A DNA stretch of 64,000 bases. Source: Octopus sinensis. Its lineage: Eukaryota. The DNA lies in NCBI RefSeq assembly GCF_006345805.1, contig NC_043001.1:2976001-3040000 (forward strand), written 5' to 3'. The number at the start of each line of letters is the position of its first letter. Position 1 is the first letter of the stretch. Shown here in pieces: positions 55,440-64,000 of this stretch. Both the position numbers and the translations under genes were made by a program. A model generated the notes under the pieces. That model was not told the origin of the DNA. It searched no databases and saw nothing but the letters and a program-made list of their open reading frames with translations.

Positions 55440-55625
55440 TGGCGATTTTTTTTTCCTCCATCTTCCCTTCTTTGGATCTTTTCTTTTCCTATGATTCTGA
55501 CGAAGAGCTCTGCTCAAAACATTAGGTCCTCCTTCTTTCTTTCCTTTCCTGAGCGTCCAATAACACTATACTTGTTCCACGTCCTCGCGTTGTTGTGTTT
55601 TCTCTTTGTTCCTGTTTGGATTAAC
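55440..55625 (+). mobile_element. Penelope-terminus-like fragment with a CpG-decayed hammerhead (55493-55527)
   Basis: CTGACGA-a-gagc-tct-gctc-AAAA-cAtt. Same family as 16895-16929, with two CpG>CpA changes that destroy G12 and stem III. Confidence 0.7.
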
Positions 55626-55660
55626 TATATATATATATATTATATATATAATATATATAT

Positions 55661-55699
<39 letters not shown>

Positions 55700-55705
<6 letters not shown>

Positions 55706-55865
55706 CATACGACAGGCTTCTTTTTAGTTTCCGTCTACCAAATCTACTCACAAGGCTTTGGTCAGTCTGAGACTATAGTGGAAGGCACTTCCACAAGGTG
55801 CTATGCGATGGGACGAAAACTGGAACCATGTTGTCAAGAAGCAAGCTTTTTACTACACAACCGAG
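55700..55865 (-). mobile_element. Family B SINE 5' half, degenerate
   Basis: gacaggcttc...ttccgtctaccaaatc...ggaaccatg...agcaagct. Confidence 0.75.
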
Positions 55866-57104
55866 TTAAATCACATTCTGTAAAACCAGGCTCTTCTAAG
55901 CTTTTAATGCTTTTGCCAAAATATGAAGAAAACATAGCAAAATGAAAGCTGTCTCCTATTTTAATGAAAGCCTTTCAATGCTGCTCCTTCACCATTCTCA
56001 AAGACAACATATTCAACATATTTCCTGCCATGACAATAAAACATGTAACTGACTCACTGTGATAAAATGGTTTTTAATACAGGCACAGCACCATAGATTT
56101 TGGCACATGGGTCAGTTGATTACATCCATCACAGCATTGGACTGGTACTTTGTTGACTTCAGAAGCGGGAAGGGGAAAACCCCCAGAAAAACGAATCTTT
56201 GCAGGATTTGAACCTAAAACATAAAGAGCCGTAGCAAAATAGTGCAATGCTCTTTTGCAATAAACTCCAGATGCTCTCAACCCACCTCTTCATCTTGCTC
56301 TGATACAGTAACCACTCAAAATCTTCTAGTCTAGAAATTGACATGAAATAGTTTCCCTATGTTTGGAAGAATTCAAGAGCATCGAAAAGCAAAAAAATTA
56401 CAAATTCCTTAGTTTTATGAGAATTAGTGTCAAACTACAGATAAATGGATTAATTGTATGGATTATAGGCTGGCAGGCTATAATCCTCCCAAAAAATTTG
56501 ACCAGTGTGGATTACAACCTGTCATATAATTAAATCCTTATCTGCCTTATTTGCTCCATTTAATTCAACTTCCTGTATACTCTCAAACCAAAACAATAAA
56601 ATAACTTTTAGTCTCTACAAATCAATTTTATATGTTGTCTAGTTTGTGATTCGGTACATTCCCAGACTTCTGTGAAAATATGCCTGGCTAGAGGAAAGTA
56701 TTACCTTTTTTGGAAACTGATGAGGGTTGGTCACAGAAAAGCTGTCCCTTATTGTTGTCATCGTTGTCGTTGTCGTTATTGTCATCATTATCATCATCAT
56801 CATCATTATCGTCATCATCATTGCTTTAACGTTCATTTTTTTTTCTTGCTTACATGTGCCAGACAGACTTTGATGAGGCCTATGTTCTTCCGTCGGGGGA
56901 TTTCCCTGCTTCTAAGCCTTACCTTTTTTCAAACAAATCAATATTTCACCATAACTAGACATTTCTTCACGGAGGATAGCAAATTAACAAAAAAAAATTG
57001 TCTGTATGATGGTAATGCTTGATTACAACATCACACAATGTCAATAGACAGGGTGACGTGCACACACACACACACGCATACACACATACATATATACATA
57101 TATA

Positions 57105-57345
57105 TAGAGAGAGGGAGACCCAGGAAGACATGGGATGAGGTGGTGAAGCATGACCTTTGAACGTTGGGCCTCACGGAAGCAATGACGAAAGACCGAGACT
57201 TCTGGAGATATGCTGTGGCAAATAAAGTGAGTTCACAGCTGTAACCTATACCACTGTCGCATAACCAGCCAATTCAAGAGTACCTTGGATCGTAGGGTGA
57301 TATGCCATGCTTGAGGAGACCTATTGAGTCAAGTACATCAAAATC
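57105..57345 (+). pseudogene. RTE-clade LINE 3' end (RT C-terminus and UTR)
   Basis: GRPRKTWDEVVKHDL*TLGLTEAMTKDRDFWRYAV is a typical RTE C-terminus. Confidence 0.75.
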
Positions 57346-57379
57346 AAAATGAAATCAAACCACAATAAAATGGAAACTG

Positions 57380-57650
57380 TAGCTGTGGTTCTTGTGCCGA
57401 TGGTATGTAAAATACACCATCCGATTGTGGTTGATGCCAGCCCCCTGTGGCTCCTGTGCTAGTGGCACATAAAAAGCACCCACTACACTCTCAGAGTGGT
57501 TGGCGTTAAGAGAGGTGTCCAGCTGTAGAAACACTGCCACATCAAACTGGAGCCTGGTGCAGCCTCCTGGCTTCCCAGACCCCAGTCGAACTGTCCAACC
57601 CATGCCAGCATAGAAAATGGACGTTAAATGATGATGATGATGATTATGAT
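57380..57650 (+). mobile_element. Family C element
   Basis: ctacactctcagagtggttggcgtt...ggacgttaaatgatgatgat. Confidence 0.8.
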
Positions 57651-57690
57651 GATGATTTATACATACATGAATACATATATATATATATAA

Positions 57691-57730
<40 letters not shown>

Positions 57731-57746
57731 TATATATATATTATTA

Positions 57747-57857
<111 letters not shown>

Positions 57858-58316
57858 ATATTATATAATATATTATTAATATCATGAAATCAATATCAGA
57901 AAATCCTTCAGAAATATATATGCGTGTGTAGAATAATTGTTGTATTAAAAATATAAATTTATATAAATATATATAAATATGTATAAGTATAAATATATAA
58001 TAAGAAATATGACATTTTAAAAGTTTCGAATTAAGTTTTTAAGGCATCTTACAATCGTTTCGCCTAGAGTTGTCCTTATAATGGAATCCTATATTGATAA
58101 GCATTTATAGACAACTCTTCTGCTCTTCAGAGATATAAAATGTGAAATTTGTATGATTTATCGAAAGGTAGTTTATTTTAAAATATGAGGTAATATGGGA
58201 AAATGTTGTTTGTTTGAAATTTGAAATTTAAAATTACTACTTTTCATTTTGGTAAGTACACTTTAGTATGAGAGTCTTGAAATCCATATATGCCTCCTGG
58301 GTAAGTCTTCCGCATT

Positions 58317-59205
58317 ATCATCATCATCATCGTTTAGCGTCCGCTTTCCATGCTAGCATGGGTTGGACGGGTCAACTGGGGTCTGTGAAGCTGGAAGGCT
58401 TCATCAGGCCCAGTCAGATCTGGCAGTGTTTCTACGGCTGGATGCCCTTCCTAACGCCAACCACTCCGCGAGTGTAGTGGGTGTTTTTTACGTGCCACCT
58501 GCACAGGTGCCAGACAGAGCTGGCGAACGGCCACGAACGGATGGTGCTTTTACGTGTCACCGGCACGGGGCCAGGCGATGCTGGCAACGGACACGAACGG
58601 ATGGTGCTTTTACGTGCCACCGACACGGGGCCAGACAGAGTTGGCAACCGGCCACGAACGGACGGTGCTTTTACGTATCACCGGCACGGGGCCAGACAGA
58701 GCTGGCAAACGGCCACGAGCGGACGGTGCTTTTACGTGTCACCGGCACGGGGGCCAGCCGAGGCTGGCAACGGACACGGACGGATGGTGCTTTTACGTGC
58801 CACCGACACGGGGCCAGACAGAGCTGGCAAACGGCCACGAGCGCACGGTGCTTTTACGTGTCACCGGCACGGGGGCCAGCCAAGGATGGCAACGGACACG
58901 GACGGATGGTGCTTTTACGTGCCACCGACACGGGGCCAGACAGAGCTGGCAAACGGCCACGAGCGGACGGTGCTTTTACGTGTCACCGGCACGGGGGCCA
59001 GCCGAGGCTGGCAACGGACACGGACGGATGGTGCTTTTACGTGCCACCGACACGGGGCCAGACAGAGCTGGCAAACGGCCATGAGCGGACGGTGCTTTTA
59101 TGTGTCACCGGCACGGGGGCCAGCCGAGGCTGGCAACGGACACGAACGGATGGTGCTTTTACGTGCCACCGACACGGGGCCAGACAGAGCTGGCAAACGG
59201 CCAGC
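58317..59205 (-). mobile_element. Family C element carrying an expanded 61-bp tandem array
   Basis: (cat)n tail and conserved body at 58317-58480, array at 58481-59203. Confidence 0.85.
58481..59203. repeat. GC-rich tandem array, 12 units of ~61 bp, A/B alternating (122-bp higher-order repeat)
   Basis: Unit starts at 58481, 58544, 58604, 58665, 58726, 58787, 58848, 58909, 58970, 59031, 59092 and 59153. Confidence 0.92.
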
Positions 59206-59684
59206 TGGCAATCCATAATAATTGTGCATAAAATCCATTATATTGTCCTGTATTCCAAATTTAGTTCTTAGACTTAGATAATATAAAATAAAAGTATACG
59301 TACATATACTTTTAAACTGTCATATTCGTTATTATATATTCATACTTATACATATTTACATATATTTTTATATATACTTACATTTTTAATACAACAATTA
59401 TTCTACACACGTATACATCTATTCTGAAGAATTTTTTAATATTGATTTCCTGATGTTAATAATAACATATTATAAAATATATGTAATCGCTCGTATTAAA
59501 AATATATATACTTTAATAGTATTAACACTTTGATACAATAGAGCACTCAATATAAATTCAGTATATAATATTCTCATTGAATATATTTAACTAAAGATTT
59601 ATGTTGGCGTAGGAGTGGCTGCGTGGTAAGTAGCTTGCTAACCTCTGAACTGTTCGGACGTGTTTTTTTGCTGCTCCAGGTGAA

Positions 59685-60077
59685 CGTTGTTTCAACGTGA
59701 ATTGTTGAACTTTCGACTCGACTAAAGGTAGGAATTTTGTATTTTTGCGAGCGAAGTGAAGTTTTATTACTTGCATGAATGTTTTTTTAGAATTTAATAT
59801 TTTTTAGCAGATAATAGGGCTCCACTTTGCTCCAGATATAATTTTTCTGCCTGTGTCGAGTGGAAAGAAAATTGTATTGATGTCGCGTTGTTTCAACGTG
59901 AATTGTTGAACGTTCGAATCGACTACGGGTAGGCGTTTTATGTTTTTGCGAGTTTAGTGAAGTTTTATTACTTGCATGAATGTTTTTTAGCATTTAATAT
60001 TTTTTAGCAAATAATAAGGCTCCACTTTGCTCCAGATATAATTTTTCTGCCTGTGTCGAGTGAAAAGAAATTGTATT
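59685..60077 (+). repeat. Two ~200-bp tandem monomers in the 5' UTR
   Basis: cgttgtttcaacgtgaattgttgaac...aattgtatt at 59685-59878 and 59886-60077. Confidence 0.9.
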
Positions 60078-60405
60078 TTTGAAGCGGCATAGTCCGTCTG
60101 AAAAAATTATTGTTGAAATTGTCGTTGTGTTGTCCACGGATTACCAAGGATTATTTACCAAGGGTTTTACCAACAGTGCATTTGGCCTGGATTACAATTT
60201 TTGGCCGAAGAAGTGGAAAAAAAAAAAAAAAAAGAACTGAATTCCTTTGTCTGAATTGAACTCTCTTTCTCTGTCTATTATTTATTTGTAAAAACTTTTT
60301 TGAACTGCCATTTTTAATTTTATTTCTTCCCTTCTGTTGCATTTTTTCATTCTCCTTTCTGTGGCTAATTTTAGTTTATCATTTTGAACTGTTGTATTTT
60401 ACGTT

Positions 60406-61605
60406 ATGGCAAAGGCAAAGAATTTCACTGTGTGGGAATTAACACCTCCCAAAAAATATTTGCACGAACTCGAGGAAAAGACCGTGGTGTTGAGGACATA
60501 TTCAAAGTCACTCGACACCATAATGGTTTTTCCGAGAGACACCATTGTGAACGAGCTGGCAGACTATATGCCAGCCGTTAAACATATTCAACGGGGAGTC
60601 AAATACGCAACGGTATGGTTGCTATTTGACTCCGCTGAAGCAGCTTGCAAATTTGCAAGCCAGCCCATTGAGGGCGATGAGATTCTGTTTCTCCCCAGTT
60701 ACAAGGGGGAAAAATTGTTACGTTTATGGGTCTGTGGCCTGCCGCCCGGCTTTGAGCCCGAGTGGATGGAAGATTCCATCCGCCGGGGTCTGAGCGGTGG
60801 TAGCGCCAAGATCCTGAATGTGAAAATGCAGCCTGCGGCTAACTGGGAAGGAGGAAAGGCTACTTTGACTCTGTGGACCCAGTCGGCCAAGAGTCTGGTT
60901 TTGCCGGACTTCCTGAAGATGGCCGGGTCCAAGTATCCGGTGATGCTAGAGGGACGCGCCCCCAAGTGTCACCTGTGTTCGGAGACCGGCCACATTAAGA
61001 AGAAATGCCCCAGGGACCAAAGTAGGATCCTGGAGAAGTTGATATCGGAGCCTCTCCCTGCCCCACCAATAGAGGGAGAGAAACAGAACGAGGAAGCGGA
61101 GACTTCCTCAACGAGAAAACGAAAAGTGGGGAACAATGGTGACCCACTAAAAGACCAGGAAGCTACGGGAGACAGAGTGGATCCGGCGTGTGCAACACCG
61201 GAACCTCAACCTCCCGTGGCCCACGGTAAAAAGAAAAAAAGAAAGAAGAGAAACGGAACGCCGCCAGCGGATTGTAACACGCAGGCGGCGTCTCCAGTGT
61301 CTCCTCCGCCGTTTGTGATTGTGTGGCCGGAGAAATATTATGTAGTCCTCTTCTACAAAGGAGGAACAATAGAAGATGAAATAGGTAAAATGAGGAAGAG
61401 AAACCAATGGGAGGGACTCCGGTCCTGCATGGAGTGTCCCGAGTGGCCTTCGCAGCTGGCTGCGGAGGTCCTACTCCATGACGATCGGTGCAGGTTCGTG
61501 AAATCTTTCCCAGAGGACTCCTATCAAATTATACCTGTATGCGGGGGCCTGACGACGAACGATTGCGTCAATAAAGCAAGAGCGTTCATCGGCCGGGTAA
61601 CGTGA
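60406..61605 (+). CDS. Intact 399-aa L1/Tx1 ORF1-like protein (RRM-like folds, CCHC zinc knuckle, basic NLS-like tract)
   Basis: CHLCSETGHIKKKC = CX2CX4HX4C, preceded by EGRAPK. RRM-like LRLWVCGLP...; KKKKRKKR. GC content is higher than the flanks. Confidence 0.85.
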   Translation: MAKAKNFTVWELTPPKKYLHELEEKTVVLRTYSKSLDTIMVFPRDTIVNELADYMPAVKHIQRGVKYATVWLLFDSAEAACKFASQPIEGDEILFLPSYKGEKLLRLWVCGLPPGFEPEWMEDSIRRGLSGGSAKILNVKMQPAANWEGGKATLTLWTQSAKSLVLPDFLKMAGSKYPVMLEGRAPKCHLCSETGHIKKKCPRDQSRILEKLISEPLPAPPIEGEKQNEEAETSSTRKRKVGNNGDPLKDQEATGDRVDPACATPEPQPPVAHGKKKKRKKRNGTPPADCNTQAASPVSPPPFVIVWPEKYYVVLFYKGGTIEDEIGKMRKRNQWEGLRSCMECPEWPSQLAAEVLLHDDRCRFVKSFPEDSYQIIPVCGGLTTNDCVNKARAFIGRVT

Positions 61606-62269
61606 ACCCTTATTTGTGTTATATTGTGATGGAGGTTTATTGCCTCTGGAAAAACTTTTGAAATTGTGATTTGTAAAATTTGGAATTTTTGTGAAATTAT
61701 TGTATTTTTGTGAAATTTTGAAAATTTTGTAAAATTATTGAAAAAAGAACATTGTTTTAGAGAAGCGGGGGTCGGCGGGCGCTTTCGTCTTTCCCCCATC
61801 ACCATCTTCATTCCATCACCATCATTCATTAATGTCTATGTCCAGCCCGTAGCTACTATCTGTGTACTGCCCTTGTGGCAAATTAAATGAAATAAAGTAG
61901 CTTGCTAACCAACCACATGGTTCCGGGTTCAGTCCCACTGCGTGGCAGCTTGGGTAAGTGTCTTCTGCTATAGCCCCGGGCCGACCAATGCCTTGTGAGT
62001 GGATTTGGTAGACGGAAACTGAAAGAAGCCTGTCGTATATATGTACACTCCCTCTCACCTTGCTCCCTTTCACTCTCACTCTCTTCTCTTGCTCTCACTC
62101 ATTCTCGCTCTCTCTCACTCCCTCTCTCCTCTGACAAGGGTAACCATGTGCCTGTTGTATAGCAAGGCACCTGTTTCTGTCCCTCTCTTCATATCTCTTC
62201 ATACTCTAATCTCTCATCGTCTGGCATAAAGCCGCCTCCTCTATCACCCTCCCCACCCTCATCTCAAAT

Positions 62270-62910
62270 GTTCTTTGTCTTGCAACATACCTGGTGACCT
62301 TACCAGTGCTGGTACCACATAAAAAGCACCAAACACATTCTGCAAAGTGGTTGAAATTAAGAAGGGCATGCAACCATAAAACCTTGCTAAAACATATCTC
62401 GTTGGAGTTGGTTCCACGTGAAAAGCACCCTGGCTGATGCTGGGATGGGCATCCATCTGTAAAAGCATGCCAAAGCAGCCTGTGGAGCTTGGCACAGTCC
62501 TCTGGCTTTCCAAGCTCCTGTCAAACCGTCTAACCCATGCCAGCATGGAAGACAGACGTTAAATAATGAATGATAATGATGATGGTATATGCACACACAA
62601 ATGCTGATAATGAGCTTCTTTCTGTTTCTATTTCATCATCATTATCATCATCGTTTAACGTCCGCTTCTATGCTACCATGGGTTGGACGATTTGACTGAG
62701 GACTGGCGAACCAGATGGCTGCACCAGGCTCCAATCTTGATCTGGCAGAGTTTCTACAGCTGGATGCCCTTCCTAACGCCAACCACTCCGAGAGTGTAGT
62801 GGGTGCATTTTACACAGGGGCCAGTCAGGCGGTACTGGCAACGACCTCGCTCAAATCTTTTTACACATGCCACCGGCACAGGTGCCAGTAAGGCGACTTT
62901 GGTAACGATC
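62270..62910. mobile_element. Two family C elements in opposite orientation (tail-to-tail)
   Basis: 62270-62580 (+) ends gacgttaaataatgaatgat. 62630-62910 (-) begins catcatcgtttaacgtccg. Confidence 0.75.
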
Positions 62911-64000
62911 ACACTCGAAACACAATCTGAAGGTTTGGTTGGCCCAAAGTTATAGCAAAAGACACTTCCCCAAGGTGGGATTGAACTTAAAACATGTTTG
63001 GGAAGCAAGGTTATTTATCACACAGCCACACCAGCATTTACAGGGCATCAGATCAGGAAAAGAGAAAAAAAAACCACTTTCATTTAGCAAATTCTGCCTG
63101 ACCGTTGCAAGCATGGAAAAGTTCCATTGATAGCATCAAATAAAACCAAAACCATTTCAGAACTGCTTCCTGCACTTTCTGAAATAATTAAATTATTATT
63201 TCAGACTTGTACTTTGCTGGGAAGCAAACATTCTCACTATATACACATGCTTGCACCAATGTGTGTGTGTGTGTGCGTGTGTGTGTGTGTGTGCCTGTGT
63301 GTGTCTGTGTGTGTACATATACATACATAGTACTCATGCATATGTATGTATATATTTATATGTGTTTGTATATATATGTATATACACACACACATACACA
63401 CACATAGATATATATATATACATATCTATTTGTGTTAATAAATACACTGTTCTTTTCTTCCTATGCCAAATATTTCCTTAATACTGCATAAATCTCTCTC
63501 TGTAATATTAGCAGCCAGTTATCTTTCATGTCTTCCTTAAATATTACCCTACATAAAGTCATCATTCTCGCAAATTAGTTTCTCCTTTTTTTTTTATTTT
63601 ATTTTAACTTGTTTTCCTTTTCCCCAAATCTTTTATAAATATCAAAAAGAAACCTGATATGACAATGTTTCCATAAGAAATGTCTTCCTTCTTCTCTTTC
63701 TTCACACATGGATATATATCTCTGTAAAATTCCTAATAACACTAGTAATTGGGTAGGAAGCCAAATTATTTAAACCACCTCATTATATTTTGATTATTAA
63801 TGCTTTCTTGTCTTATCATCAACATAACACAGTAATTTAATCAACTCATTGTAAAAGCAGCAAATTGCAAAAGACAGAAAACAATGTTTTCTAAATTTAA
63901 ACTAAATTTTCTTTGACAGTGAAAAGACTGTGATTTAGGTAAACAACATTGTTAATCACAGTTAATCACAAACTCAGTCGAGAGATTTAGAAATAGCTTT

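Larger units (their letters stand above)
59644..61894 (+). mobile_element. ORF1-only L1/Tx1-type non-autonomous retroelement (2251 bp) with 16-bp TSD
   Basis: TSD aagtagcttgctaacc at 59628-59643 and 61895-61910. 5' UTR has a ~200-bp tandem duplication. Single ORF, ~290-bp 3' UTR, A-rich end, no RT or endonuclease. Confidence 0.8.
59606..62040 (+). mobile_element. Family B SINE split by an insertion (59606-59643 and 61895-62040)
   Basis: The two halves join into the sequence seen intact at 18330 onward, with aagtagcttgctaacc duplicated. Confidence 0.88.

Noticed and set aside
58363-59271. Long overlapping ORFs (302, 245, 176 aa) and a CRISPR-like appearance
   Set aside because: The ORFs arise from a stop-poor 61-bp repeat cycling through frames. 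There are no unique spacers or cas genes, and the context is eukaryotic.

Overview
AT-rich, microsatellite-dense, repeat-dominated animal genomic DNA. The SINE families, retroelement mix and microsatellite load suggest an octopus-like cephalopod (inference, not database-confirmed). No complete host gene is evident; there are only two tentative spliced exons (4261-4334 and 9127-9306). Most ORFs in the supplied track are microsatellite artefacts. Supported content: three abundant SINE-like families, a decayed mariner with TIRs, two MITEs (Tc1-type and MULE-type), decayed Penelope-like, L1/Tx1 and R4/Dong retroelements, and one 5'-truncated but uninterrupted R4/Dong element inside an (AAT)n tract. 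Three things stand out. (1) Penelope-type minimal hammerhead ribozyme motifs, including a U3-A8 covariant core in both arms of a 449-bp apparently perfect palindrome. (2) A head-to-head pair of elements built as tRNA-like head + microsatellite + hammerhead. (3) A 2.25-kb ORF1-only (HAL1-like) L1/Tx1 derivative with an intact 399-aa RRM-like/CCHC ORF, inserted with a 16-bp TSD into the tRNA-like head of a SINE.
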